Shown: in pieces, positions 40,007 through 50,169 of the stretch
Position numbering within the stretch: the first letter of the stretch is position 1
Layout of the letters: the number at the start of each line of letters is the position of its first letter
Source: Myxococcota bacterium
Lineage (GTDB): Bacteria; Myxococcota_A; UBA9160; SMWR01
Length of the DNA stretch: 57,131 nucleotides
Reading direction: 5' to 3'
Assembly (NCBI GenBank): GCA_036447375.1
Contig: JAZFUU010000056.1
Coordinates: 1 to 57,131 of the forward strand
Notes under the pieces: model-generated
Seen by the model: the letters and a program-made list of their open reading frames with translations, nothing else
Database searches by the model: none
What the model was told of the DNA's origin: nothing
Position numbers and translations under genes: made by a program

Positions 40007-42289
40007 ATGATGGGCTCCCGAAACTCGCGGCGAGGGCTTCGGATCGGCGTGGCGGCCGTGTGCGCCGGGCTGTTCGCTTACACGGTCACAGCGGCCGTGC
40101 CGCCCCTGGACAACAACGACATCTGGATCCATCTGACGACCGGTCGGCTGATCGTCGATGAACTCTCGGTTCCGCGTACCGACCGGTATTCCTTTACTGC
40201 AGCGGGCAACCGTTACGTCGCCCATGAGTGGCTGGCGGCCTCCATCTACGCGATCGCCGAGCGGGCGGCCGGCATCCCGGGTGTGGAGATCGTGGCCAAG
40301 GTGCTTCCGACCGTGGCCATCGTCGCGCTGCTCTTTTGGGGCGTCGCGGTAGCCCGGGTGCCGTGGGGTCTGGCGCTCCCGGTCCTCGTGCTCAGCCTGA
40401 CGGTTCTGCGCTACCGCATTCTCGCGCGGCCCGAACTTCTGGCACTGCCGATCCTGCTGACGATGGTCGCCCTGCTGTGGCGCGATCGGGAGATCGCCCG
40501 ATCGGGGGGGGAGAGTCGGGCCGTATTCTGGCTGCTGCCGCTCGAGACCCTGTGGGTGAACCTGCACGGTTCGTTTGTTCTGGGGATCGCACTGGTCGTC
40601 GTGTTTGCGCTGGCGGAAACGGTGCGACGTTTGTTGGCATCGCGCGATCGCCGTGCACACTGGGTGCGTGTCGGCGGGGTTGGAGGGGCGCTCGTCGCGG
40701 CGGCCTTTTTGGCGAGCCTGCAACCGCACGCTTTCGGGGTGGCGGCCGCGGTGACCGTCGTCGCCTTTGCGATGCTCCTGGCAGCCGACGGAATCGGGCC
40801 GCTCTTCGACAATGTCCGCGCGGCCGCATCCGATCCCCTGCGCCTGATCGGTCTGGCCGCCGGGATGCTCGTCGTCGCCGCGATCAATCCATTGGGAACC
40901 GAGATCTACACGTTTCCATTTGAATTCTCCGCCAGCGACAATGCCATCACCCGGCTCGTGAACGAATGGAAACCTCTCTTCGGGAGCCAGCATCTGGACC
41001 GGTCGCTTCATTTGATGAGCTACTGGTCCTTTCTCGGGTTCGCCTGCGCGACCCTGGCCCTCGCAGCCCGGCGGGGGCGTCTGGGGTGGCTCGAGGTGGG
41101 GCTGCTCCTCGCCTTTGGGCTGCTTCCGCTTCGCCATGTTCGCTGGATTGCCTGGTTCGCTCTCGTCGCCACGCCGCCGTTGCTGGTGATGCTGGCCGCC
41201 GCGCGGCATCCGGCCCCAAGCTCCGACCGAAGCGATCGGGTTGGGAGAGCTGCGGCTTGGGCGCTCGGGAGCTGCGGCCTCGTCTTCACCGGGCTGGCGA
41301 TTGCGACCGCCGCAGGGACCGATCCCGATCCGTGGATTTGTCTGATCCTGGTTCTCGCGATGGCGGGACCCGCCGTGGCCCTGGGTCTCGGCGTGGGAAT
41401 TCGGCTCCCGCTGCGTTGGGGTACGGCCGCGGCCGGTCTGCTGGTCCTGGTGCTCACGAGCGTGGCCTTCGTCCACGGCATTCCCGATCGGGCCGGGACG
41501 ACGCCGCGTCCGTGGTCCGGTGGCGGCGTGGGCCCGGGTTTCGGCCCCTCTCGTCAGGCGGCCCCGGCGCTGGAGTTCCTGCGTCGAGCTGAGATCTCGG
41601 GGCACCTCCTCACCGAATACGAGTGGGCGGGGTTGGCGATCCACGAGCTGTGGCCGCGTGTGACGGTATTCATCGATTCGCGCAGTGAGGTCTACGGAGA
41701 AGCGCTTCTCGCCGAGTTTCGCCGCATCAAGAATCTCGAGGAATCGGCGCGTCGAGGTCTCGATCGCTACCCCGTGGATCTCGTCCTCGTTCGCGAACTG
41801 CCGTATCCGTCCGATGTCTCTCGGAATCAGGGTCTCCTGGATGTGATCGAAGCCGATCCGCGTTGGGGGCTCGTGTTCGTGGACGATCAGTCGATTCTCT
41901 ACGCGCGGCGAGATCTCGACCGGGAGCTACCGATTGCGTTCGAACGTTTCGCACCGCGCCGGTTCCACCCCAACGACCCCGGGGTGGGGCATCCGAAATA
42001 TCAGGAGGAGGTGCGAAGCGCGATCTCCCGGGCCCCGCACTCGGCGTTTCTGCGTTTCGTCCTCGCCGTGTCGCTCCGCGTGCAGGGACGTCCCGTCGAC
42101 GCCCTCGTCGAGCTTCGTGCGGGGTGGAGAGCCAACCCCCGATTCCCGGCCGTTTCCCAACTCGCGGGTGAAATCGTCGCTTCCCGCGGCGAGGTGGAAG
42201 AAGCGCGCCGCTGGTTCCAACGCGCCCTCAGCGTGGCTCCCGACTGGGAACGGGCCCGTAAGTCGTTGAACGCCCTGGCAACGAAATGA
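40007..42289 (+). CDS. GT-C-like polytopic membrane protein with C-terminal TPR
   Basis: DIWIHL..GR, HEWL, RPE, WVNLHGSF, INP.G, NEWKP, FIDSR; TPR-like tail. Confidence 0.75.
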   Translation: MMGSRNSRRGLRIGVAAVCAGLFAYTVTAAVPPLDNNDIWIHLTTGRLIVDELSVPRTDRYSFTAAGNRYVAHEWLAASIYAIAERAAGIPGVEIVAKVLPTVAIVALLFWGVAVARVPWGLALPVLVLSLTVLRYRILARPELLALPILLTMVALLWRDREIARSGGESRAVFWLLPLETLWVNLHGSFVLGIALVVVFALAETVRRLLASRDRRAHWVRVGGVGGALVAAAFLASLQPHAFGVAAAVTVVAFAMLLAADGIGPLFDNVRAAASDPLRLIGLAAGMLVVAAINPLGTEIYTFPFEFSASDNAITRLVNEWKPLFGSQHLDRSLHLMSYWSFLGFACATLALAARRGRLGWLEVGLLLAFGLLPLRHVRWIAWFALVATPPLLVMLAAARHPAPSSDRSDRVGRAAAWALGSCGLVFTGLAIATAAGTDPDPWICLILVLAMAGPAVALGLGVGIRLPLRWGTAAAGLLVLVLTSVAFVHGIPDRAGTTPRPWSGGGVGPGFGPSRQAAPALEFLRRAEISGHLLTEYEWAGLAIHELWPRVTVFIDSRSEVYGEALLAEFRRIKNLEESARRGLDRYPVDLVLVRELPYPSDVSRNQGLLDVIEADPRWGLVFVDDQSILYARRDLDRELPIAFERFAPRRFHPNDPGVGHPKYQEEVRSAISRAPHSAFLRFVLAVSLRVQGRPVDALVELRAGWRANPRFPAVSQLAGEIVASRGEVEEARRWFQRALSVAPDWERARKSLNALATK

Positions 42290-44415
42290 AATGGCGCTCA
42301 TTCCATCTCTCGCCCGTCAAGGCGTTGCTGCTGTTCTGGCCTTTCCTGAGCCTGCCCCGGCTCTGGTTTCTCGCGAGTGCAGAACTCCCGCCCGGCGTCG
42401 GGCCCCTGGGACAGATCGCCCTTCCACTCGCCGTGGGCTGCCTGCGCGATGGCCTGCTGGTGGCCGCGCTGATGCTTCCGATCCAGCTCTTCCGGCTCGT
42501 GGGCGGGGTGCGATGGATTCCGGTTCGGGTGAAGAAACGCACCGGAGCGGTCGTTGCCTACGTTCTGGCCCTGCTGCTCGCGGTCCTATTGGCCGAAATC
42601 GAAGCCCTTCGCTACCTGGGCTTCCACCCGACTCTCGCTCACCTGACCCTCGCCGCAGATTGGCAGCGGCTGTGGTCCTCGGTGGTCCATTCGCTGGCGC
42701 CCCTCGCCGTTTATTTCGCACTCACCGCCGTCGCCTTTCTCGCATGCGCTGCCGCTCCGGTCTTCGACGCCGCCGAACGGTTCCTGGCCACGCGGGGGGG
42801 AGCGCTGGCGACGTGCGTGGTGTTGGCGCTGGGCGTCGGCGCCGGCCGGATTCCGGCGCCCGACGCGCTCACCGCCCATGTGGCGGATAACTACATCGTG
42901 TCGCTCGTGGGGGTGCGCTCGACTCCCGTCGACGTGGACGCCGCCGCAGTTTCGCTTCCGGCGATTCTGGGCGCCGAGCCCCTGAAGCCCGCTGAGATTC
43001 AGACGCCCGAGTGGCGCTACTTCGATCGAAGCTACCCGCTGGTGAAAGCCACCGATCACCACCTGTGCCGACTCGACCAGCTAGATGCCGAGTTGTGCGA
43101 CCGCGACGCCGATGCAGACGGCTATTCGCTCACGGCGGATTGCAACGACCTCGAGCCCGGCATTCACCCGGGCGCTTCAGACGTGCCCGGGAATGGGATC
43201 GACGAGGACTGTTCGGGTCTCGATGCAGATCCTCCCAATGTGATCTTCATTCACTGGGAGGGGGTGCGCGGTGTGAACGTCGGGAGCATCGGTTACGCGA
43301 CCCCGGCGACGCCTCGGTTCGACGAACAGGTCCGAAGCGGGCTTCTCTTCTCGAATGCGTATGCCAACGGGACCCAGACCCGCTGGTCGCTTATTTCGGT
43401 CTACTGCTCGACCTTGCCACGGCTCTCGACCCGTTGGATCTTTCGACACAATCACGATCTCGAGTTGATGTGCCTGCCCGATATCCTGCGGCGGCGTGGC
43501 TACCACACCCTCTACGTTCATGGGGGCGCCGTCGCGTTTGCCGGCAAGGGCCCGCGAATGCAGGGCTGGTTCCAGACGATCTTCGATCGCACGAATCTGC
43601 CGATCGGGGCGATGCCGAAATTCAACTGGGGGGCGCGCGATCGCGACGTCCTTCGGTTCACCTACCAGATGCTCAAGAACCGCGAACACCCGGCTCCCTT
43701 CTTCCTCGCCCTGGCGACCCTCGCGGTTCACCATCCCTTCGGTCTGCCGGAAGAGCAGTTCGCACGGAAGCGACACTCCGACCGGTCGAATCAGATCGCA
43801 AACGTGATCCGATACAGCGACGATGTCCTCGGGGAATTCCTCGACACGTTGCTGAGCGACCCGGAGTTCGAGAACACGATCGTGCTGGTGGCCAGCGATC
43901 ACGGCATCAACTGGTTCGACCCCCACCCCGAGGGGCGTCAGAGTGTCCTCTGGGAGGACCTGGTCTGGGTTCCGATGGCTCTGCTCGGCGATGCCTGGCG
44001 GGTCGATCCCGGAGTGGTGTCCGAAGTGCGTCAGCTCGCGGATATCGCTCCGACCATCCTCGATCGCCTCGGCATCGAGCTTCCGAACCCGTTCATCGGT
44101 CATTCGCTGCTTCGACGCTTCGGAGATCGCGAGGCCCGGGCGTTCTTTGCAACGGCCAACGGCGGACCCTCGGCCGGCGTTCGCGTGGATCGATTCAAGT
44201 ACTTCGAGGAGTTCGTCACGGGCCGTCGTTTTCTGTTCGATCTGGTTTCCGATCGCGAAGAGAAGATCGATCTCAGCGGAGACCCCACGCAGGCCGGCCG
44301 GGTCGCGGCGATGCACGGTTGGGTGACGGACCTCTACCGGGAGAACGCGCGGCTGATCCGACAAAATCGGATCTGGACCGATCGCTACCGTCTGAATCCG
44401 GCGAGTTCGCCGTGA
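42286..44415 (+). CDS. LTA-synthase-like membrane sulfatase-fold protein with an inserted Cys/Asp metal-binding motif
   Basis: About 5 N-terminal TMs; PNVIFIHWEG, TQTRWS, HHPF, SDHG, DIAPTILD. Confidence 0.82.
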   Translation: MKWRSFHLSPVKALLLFWPFLSLPRLWFLASAELPPGVGPLGQIALPLAVGCLRDGLLVAALMLPIQLFRLVGGVRWIPVRVKKRTGAVVAYVLALLLAVLLAEIEALRYLGFHPTLAHLTLAADWQRLWSSVVHSLAPLAVYFALTAVAFLACAAAPVFDAAERFLATRGGALATCVVLALGVGAGRIPAPDALTAHVADNYIVSLVGVRSTPVDVDAAAVSLPAILGAEPLKPAEIQTPEWRYFDRSYPLVKATDHHLCRLDQLDAELCDRDADADGYSLTADCNDLEPGIHPGASDVPGNGIDEDCSGLDADPPNVIFIHWEGVRGVNVGSIGYATPATPRFDEQVRSGLLFSNAYANGTQTRWSLISVYCSTLPRLSTRWIFRHNHDLELMCLPDILRRRGYHTLYVHGGAVAFAGKGPRMQGWFQTIFDRTNLPIGAMPKFNWGARDRDVLRFTYQMLKNREHPAPFFLALATLAVHHPFGLPEEQFARKRHSDRSNQIANVIRYSDDVLGEFLDTLLSDPEFENTIVLVASDHGINWFDPHPEGRQSVLWEDLVWVPMALLGDAWRVDPGVVSEVRQLADIAPTILDRLGIELPNPFIGHSLLRRFGDREARAFFATANGGPSAGVRVDRFKYFEEFVTGRRFLFDLVSDREEKIDLSGDPTQAGRVAAMHGWVTDLYRENARLIRQNRIWTDRYRLNPASSP

Positions 44416-45944
44416 CGCGGTCCGGGTCCACCCCGCATCGAGCCTGTGCTCGCTCGGCCTGGCTCGCTCTCGGGGCCTGGCTCGTTCTTGCGGCCTGTGG
44501 CGGTGAGGCGGTGGATCCGCGGCCAGACGTCTGGCTGGTGAGCGTGGACACGCTGCGCCCGGATCGGCTCGGCTTCTCGGGGACCGCGGGCGCGAGCACC
44601 CCACACATGGATCGGCTCGCGCGCGAAGGAGTGGTCTTCACCGACGCCCAGACCCCCATCCCGCGCACGACCCAGTCCCTGGCCTCGCTCTTCACGGCGA
44701 AGTACCCCGCCGAACACGGCGTGCTCCGGATCGGCGATTCCCTGGCGCCCGAGGAACTCACCCTGGCGGAAAGGTTTCGCGATGCCGGGTATTGGACCGG
44801 CGCCGTGAGCGCCAATTCCGTGGCGAGTCCGGCCCAGGGTCTCGGCCAGGGATTTCGGGTCTTTTCGGACGCGAAGATGCTGCGGAAACGCTACGGCGTT
44901 CGCAGCGGAGGGATCCGCGGTGCGGTGCCGGAGATCGCCATGGCCGAGGCCGTGACCCGGGAAGCCCAGTCGATGCTCGAGTCGAGCCCGATTCCGCGCC
45001 TGCTCTGGGTGCACTACATGGATCCGCACTTCATGTACAACCCACCCGCTCCCTACAACCAGGTTGTGGACTGGAGTCGCTTCCACTTCTACCGCGATCG
45101 CCTCCGTCACCGCCCGGTTCAGGCCTCGACGTTCTTCGACCTCCACGGCCTCTCGAAACGCGATCTGCCAGCGCTCTCCGCCCTATACGATGCCGAGATC
45201 AGCTACGTCGATCACTGGATCGGCCAGCTTCTGGCCTCCGTGCGTCGAGAGACGCTGGTGGTGTTCACGTCGGATCACGGAGAGAGTCTGGGGGAGCACG
45301 GCTACTACTTCGAACACGGCGATCTGGTCTATCGGGCGTCGATGGCGATTCCGCTGGTCTTCTGGTGGCCGGGGTCGGTCGCCGCCGGGGTTCGGATCGA
45401 GGCGCCGGTTTCGTTGCTCGACATTCTTCCGACCTTGTTGGGATTGTTGGATCTCTCGCCGGCCGACGCAGCCGACTTCGCCGGCGCGGATCTCAGCCCG
45501 CATCTTCGGGGGGATTCACCGGCTCCTCCCGCCGCCGAGCGCGTCCACTTCGGCATGAGCGGTGAGGCTCTGTTGGACGGCAATTCGCTTCGCGACAAAG
45601 GGTCTCCGCCGTGGACGATGGTGCGCCGCGGTCGCTGGAAGTTGATCCGGATTCCCCGGTTGCTGGGAGCTTCCCAGAATTCCGAGAATGCCCAGAATTC
45701 CCGGAATGCCCGGAGTTCCCAGAATGACGAGAGGCCCGGCGTGCCGGCTGTGCGTTTCGAGTTGTACGACGTGGAGTCCGATCCCGACGAAACCGCCAAT
45801 CGCGCATCCGACGAGCCCGAGATCGTGGTCGAGCTGGCGCGCCTGTTGAATCGCTGGAGCCGCGACGCGACCGCCCGCGAGCCGACACCCGAAATGGGCC
45901 CGGAACTGGAAGCCGAGCTTCGCGCCCTGGGTTATCTGGAGTGA
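44412..45944 (+). CDS. sulfatase-fold (alkaline phosphatase superfamily) probable lipoprotein
   Basis: LAAC lipobox; VDTLRPD, PRTTQS, HYMDPH, SDHGE, LRALGY tail. Confidence 0.85.
   Translation: MTRSGSTPHRACARSAWLALGAWLVLAACGGEAVDPRPDVWLVSVDTLRPDRLGFSGTAGASTPHMDRLAREGVVFTDAQTPIPRTTQSLASLFTAKYPAEHGVLRIGDSLAPEELTLAERFRDAGYWTGAVSANSVASPAQGLGQGFRVFSDAKMLRKRYGVRSGGIRGAVPEIAMAEAVTREAQSMLESSPIPRLLWVHYMDPHFMYNPPAPYNQVVDWSRFHFYRDRLRHRPVQASTFFDLHGLSKRDLPALSALYDAEISYVDHWIGQLLASVRRETLVVFTSDHGESLGEHGYYFEHGDLVYRASMAIPLVFWWPGSVAAGVRIEAPVSLLDILPTLLGLLDLSPADAADFAGADLSPHLRGDSPAPPAAERVHFGMSGEALLDGNSLRDKGSPPWTMVRRGRWKLIRIPRLLGASQNSENAQNSRNARSSQNDERPGVPAVRFELYDVESDPDETANRASDEPEIVVELARLLNRWSRDATAREPTPEMGPELEAELRALGYLE
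45671..45724 (+). repeat. six imperfect 9-bp tandem repeats
   Basis: ttcccagaa/ttccgagaa/tgcccagaa/ttcccggaa/tgcccggag/ttcccagaa; encodes SQNSENAQNSRNARSSQN. Confidence 0.85.
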
Positions 45945-47725
45945 AAGCGGCCGTCGATCGGAGCCTGGGCCTGGCGGCGGCGCTCATTCTGGCGGTCGCG
46001 GCGGTGGCTTCGCTCTACTCGGTCTACGAGTTCGGGCAGGACCGCTTCTTTACGGTCGACGAATACCAGTTTGGCCACGCGACCTGGCTGGTCTCGGAGG
46101 GCGAAAGGCCGTACCTCGATTTCTACGAGCACCATTTTCCGCTCAGCTATGTCCTGCACGCCCCGGTGCTGTGGCTCGACGGCAGCTTCTCCGAAAGGAT
46201 CCTCCGATTGAGGAAGGTTCCGTTCGTCTATCTGGCCCTGCTGAGCGGCGTGCTGGTCGCCGCCGGCTACGCCGTGACGCGGAATCGCTTCGTCGCCCTG
46301 CTCTCGGCGTTCGTACCGATGACCCTCGGCTTTGGCCTGATGTCGGCCATCGACTACCGCGCGGACAGTTTTTCGGCCTGCTTGTTTCTGGCGTGCCTCG
46401 CCCTGCTGGAGGCCAATCTAGGGGCCAATCGCCGCGACCGTGGAGACCGCGGCGAACCGGGCGGTTGGAATCGGCGCTCGGTCGCTGTGGTCTGCGGAGT
46501 CCTTTTCATGGCCGCCGTCCTCATGACCCAGAAGATGGCATTCGTGGCCGGCACGACCCTTGCGATCTGGGCGGCGTTCCATTTTTGGCGGGGCATGAAG
46601 CCGCACTCTTCGGGTTCGATGCTTCAACCCCCTGTCGTGTTCACGGGGTTTTTCTCGGCGGCGGCGGCGGGCGTCCTGGTGGTGGCCCTGGGCACCGGTG
46701 CGGTTCTGGGGCTGCTACCCGCCGCCTTCCAGGCGACGATCCTCGACGCGATCGAGCACGAGCGCGTCTATCCGACGTCGAGTTCCCTCGGTCGCTATCT
46801 GGTTCCGTTTTGGAGTGCGACGCGCATTTCGACCCTCGCGCTCCTCGTCTGCGGGGGGGTCTACGTCGCGAGCCGCCCGGGCCGCTTCTGGCGCGTTCCC
46901 ATTGCCGCGGCCATGGCCGCCGCGATGCTGGCCCGGACCCAGTATCCCTACAACTACGTGCTGGTCTCCATGTTGATCGTCTTGTGCGCCGTACGGGGCT
47001 GGTCTCAGCTCGTCGAGGGCATGGCGCAGCGGTTCGCCATGGCCGGAAGGTTGCGCCCGATCCTGTATCTGTTGCCCCTGGCGGTGCTTCCGGCCCAGCA
47101 CGATTTTCTGACGCGGGCGTCGAGCAACGAGCAGCAGATCAACCTGCTGCGCAAGATCGAAGCCTTCAGCGACGAGAATGACGTTGTGATCGACAACGCC
47201 GGCGGAGCGCTCTTTCGCCATCACGGCAGCTACTATTTTCACCACGGGAAGGCCCACCGACGCATGTTTTCCAGCTACTTCGAGGGACAGCTCATCGATG
47301 ACTATCGACGGAGCCGCGCCCTTTTCTGGATCGCCGACTATCGGCTGGGAGACCTCCCCCGCCAGGCGCTGCTCTTCTGGCGCCGCCACTACATCAGGGC
47401 CGATCTGAACCTGTATACGCTGGGATTCGAGACGCCGGAGACTTTCGACGTGCCGGTGGAGATCGAAATCGATGTGATTCGCGCGGGGGCCTACCACGTT
47501 CACCCATTGGTTCCGGGCGCGGCGCGGGCCGAGCTCGTGGTCGATTCGCGCGAGATCGGCTCCGGGACGGTGCATCTGGAAGAGGGGCGCCATCGCGTGA
47601 CCGCCTTGCCCCACTCCGCCCCCATGCTCGTGTCACTCCTGCCACCGGAAGCCTTTGAGCCCTGGGTGTACGGAACCCGCCACTACACGCGACTTTTCGA
47701 ATTTGAAGTGCCTACCGCCCGGTAG
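45941..47725 (+). CDS. GT-C-like polytopic membrane protein
   Basis: TM1 then VDEYQFGH, PYLDFYEHHFPL, RAD, TQK; soluble C-terminal domain. Confidence 0.72.
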   Translation: MKAAVDRSLGLAAALILAVAAVASLYSVYEFGQDRFFTVDEYQFGHATWLVSEGERPYLDFYEHHFPLSYVLHAPVLWLDGSFSERILRLRKVPFVYLALLSGVLVAAGYAVTRNRFVALLSAFVPMTLGFGLMSAIDYRADSFSACLFLACLALLEANLGANRRDRGDRGEPGGWNRRSVAVVCGVLFMAAVLMTQKMAFVAGTTLAIWAAFHFWRGMKPHSSGSMLQPPVVFTGFFSAAAAGVLVVALGTGAVLGLLPAAFQATILDAIEHERVYPTSSSLGRYLVPFWSATRISTLALLVCGGVYVASRPGRFWRVPIAAAMAAAMLARTQYPYNYVLVSMLIVLCAVRGWSQLVEGMAQRFAMAGRLRPILYLLPLAVLPAQHDFLTRASSNEQQINLLRKIEAFSDENDVVIDNAGGALFRHHGSYYFHHGKAHRRMFSSYFEGQLIDDYRRSRALFWIADYRLGDLPRQALLFWRRHYIRADLNLYTLGFETPETFDVPVEIEIDVIRAGAYHVHPLVPGAARAELVVDSREIGSGTVHLEEGRHRVTALPHSAPMLVSLLPPEAFEPWVYGTRHYTRLFEFEVPTAR

Positions 47726-47745
47726 GCCGCTTTGAAACATGCGGG

Positions 47746-50034
47746 CTAGGGGCGGCGCTGGACGTTCAGGCGCTGCACCTGCACACCGGGCTCCGGTCGG
47801 TCTCGGCCCGATCGGAGAGTCATCTGCGCCCGCTTGAAGCGAAGCTCCATGCGTTCACCCGAGACCACTCGAGCCAGGGAACGCGCCCCGACTCCGTCGG
47901 TGCGTTCCCCGGGTGCGTAGGTGTAGTGCATTCGCAAGATCTGGCCGCCGTTGAGAGGGATCTCCCAGCGGTAGAGCCGGTCGGTTCCGGTGCTGCGGAG
48001 GATGTGTTCGAGAGAGACCCGGGCATCGCCTCGCGTTTCCAGCTCGAGATGCACCTCCAGCCATTCGTCGGCCTGCAAGGTCAAGGACTGGCCGCCGTGG
48101 ATCACCTGCGCTTCGCGGCTTTCCGCCAGGAAGACCGGGTCGGCCAGCAGCTGCCAGTCTCGACGTTGAGAGTCTCGACGCTGAGAGTCGCGATCCTGAA
48201 GCTTGCCCGCTGGGCGGAGGCTGCGCACGGCCAGAGCGCGGAGGATTTCGTCCCGGGAACGCCAGTCACGGGTGACGAGGCTGCGCGCAAACAGCCGGCC
48301 GTTGGGAACGCCAAGTCGCTGGCAGCTCCGGAGCGCGTCTCGACACAGAAGCAGGTCGCCATCGGGGTCGAGGGCTCCGAGGACTGCGAGGTTCGAATTG
48401 GCGAAGAACAGAAACCGCCCCGCGTCGTAGCGCCGGAATACGCTGCGCCCGAAGAAATGGGTGCCGTCTTCCGCGAGATCGAGAAAGTCGAGGATCGAGA
48501 GGGCCAGATCCACCTGGCCGAAGGGTTCGCTCACCTGCTCCTGCCATCCACCCGGTACGAGGGCGATCAGCAGTCCCCAATTCTGGAACAGGATCATGGA
48601 GCGTGGGTCGAGTCCCCGGAGGCCCATCGACTCGTCGGAGGTGAGCAGAATCAGGGTGTCTTCGGTGACCCTCCTGTCTTCGAGGGCTTTGACGAAGTCG
48701 CCGATGGCTTCGTCGAGGTACGTCAACGCTCGCAGCGCCTCGGGTTCCAGGTCTGGACGAAACGCTTTCGGCAACACGTAGGGGTGGTGCGTGCCCACGG
48801 TCAGAAGCGTCAGGAACCACGGCTTTTCGTTTGTCTGGAGGCGATCGATCATCTCGAGGGACTGCTCGAAGAACGCGCGATCGTCCAGACCCCAGGGCCC
48901 CTGGGCGTAGGCGCGGTCGAACCACTCGCGCCCGTGGACCTGTCGGAAGCCGATCGATGGCATGAACTGATCCTTGAGCATGAAGGCCAGCGGAGCCGCC
49001 TGCAGATAAGCGGTTGCGTAGCCCGCATCTTCGAGAATCTGCGGCAGACAGGTCTGCCAACCGGATTTTGCCGCGTCGCTCATCTTCGGAAGACCGGGCA
49101 GTAGATTCGGGAGCTCACCGCACAGCAGCGCATAGAGTCCGCGATTGGTCTTGCGTTGATGGGTCAGAAAGGTCGAGTAGGCGAGGTGTTTCCGGGCGAT
49201 GGCATCCAGCTCGGGCATTCGCCCCTTGGGAAACGAGCGCCCGTGGTCTTGCGCCAGGCTGGGCACCACGGCTCCGGTGGCCGATTCGAGAACGACGAGC
49301 AGAACGTTGGTCTTGCGACGTCCTGTTCCGCCTCCACCGACAGGCGTTCCGCCTCCAACGACAGGGAGACGGGGCTCACCATCCAGATTTCCGGCCAGGC
49401 CCGGCACGAGGTCGAGCATCGCCGCCGGCGGGTGGACGAAGCGCGACGGCGTCGACTCCGAACGAAAGGTCGCTTCCAGCAGCAGCCCGGCGTCGTGGGG
49501 AACGAAGTGGGTTTGGCGCCAGGCGGCGGCCTCGTCATTCCAGGGCCAGGCCATCTGTGCACCCAGCAGAAGCAGGACGGCGGCGGCACTCCAGAGTGCA
49601 ATTCGGAGTGGCGCGCCGCGCAATCCGAACCACGCCAGCAGCGGACAGGCCAGGCAGAGCAGCGAGAGAAGGGCAGGGCGCGAGACGACCAGGGCCGAGC
49701 CGCGCAGAAAGGTGGGATCGGCGAGGTAGCTGGCGTCGCGAACGGAAATCAGCGATCCGAGCACGCGGATGGACTCGTAGTTGGCGTATTGCAGCGCGGT
49801 CCAGGTCAGTACCAGAGCGAGGGCGACGAGCCGGGAGACTCGACTCGCGAGCACCGCGAGGGCGAGCACGAGCAGGGCGACCGTCGCATCGGATGCAAAG
49901 CCGCGAAGGTCCACGAGCGCGACCCCGTTGCCGCGGTCGACCATCGCCGCTACCCGGAAGACCGCGGGCGCGAGGACGGCCGAGGCAAAGGCGAGCGCAA
50001 TGCGGAGTTGCGGAGTCGCCGGGTCGCCCTGCAT
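47746..50034 (-). CDS. LTA-synthase-like membrane sulfatase-fold protein
   Basis: About 5 N-terminal TMs; NVLLVVLES, RKTNRG, THHPY, TSDES, QVDLALSILD. Confidence 0.82.
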   Translation of the reverse strand: MQGDPATPQLRIALAFASAVLAPAVFRVAAMVDRGNGVALVDLRGFASDATVALLVLALAVLASRVSRLVALALVLTWTALQYANYESIRVLGSLISVRDASYLADPTFLRGSALVVSRPALLSLLCLACPLLAWFGLRGAPLRIALWSAAAVLLLLGAQMAWPWNDEAAAWRQTHFVPHDAGLLLEATFRSESTPSRFVHPPAAMLDLVPGLAGNLDGEPRLPVVGGGTPVGGGGTGRRKTNVLLVVLESATGAVVPSLAQDHGRSFPKGRMPELDAIARKHLAYSTFLTHQRKTNRGLYALLCGELPNLLPGLPKMSDAAKSGWQTCLPQILEDAGYATAYLQAAPLAFMLKDQFMPSIGFRQVHGREWFDRAYAQGPWGLDDRAFFEQSLEMIDRLQTNEKPWFLTLLTVGTHHPYVLPKAFRPDLEPEALRALTYLDEAIGDFVKALEDRRVTEDTLILLTSDESMGLRGLDPRSMILFQNWGLLIALVPGGWQEQVSEPFGQVDLALSILDFLDLAEDGTHFFGRSVFRRYDAGRFLFFANSNLAVLGALDPDGDLLLCRDALRSCQRLGVPNGRLFARSLVTRDWRSRDEILRALAVRSLRPAGKLQDRDSQRRDSQRRDWQLLADPVFLAESREAQVIHGGQSLTLQADEWLEVHLELETRGDARVSLEHILRSTGTDRLYRWEIPLNGGQILRMHYTYAPGERTDGVGARSLARVVSGERMELRFKRAQMTLRSGRDRPEPGVQVQRLNVQRRP

Positions 50035-50169
50035 GGGCGAGTTCTAGCCAATTTCGGGCGCCGCCGGGGGGTGGGCAAAGCGGGCCCCGGCGCACTGGAG
50101 TGCTAGCTTCGCCGTGCCCCCTTCTGAAATCCGAGATCCGAATTCTCAGGACAGGGAGGTCGCCTCGCC

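Noticed and set aside
50087-50106. GCACT-gg-AGTGCTAG resembling half a CIRCE
   Set aside because: Wrong spacing and no matching left arm
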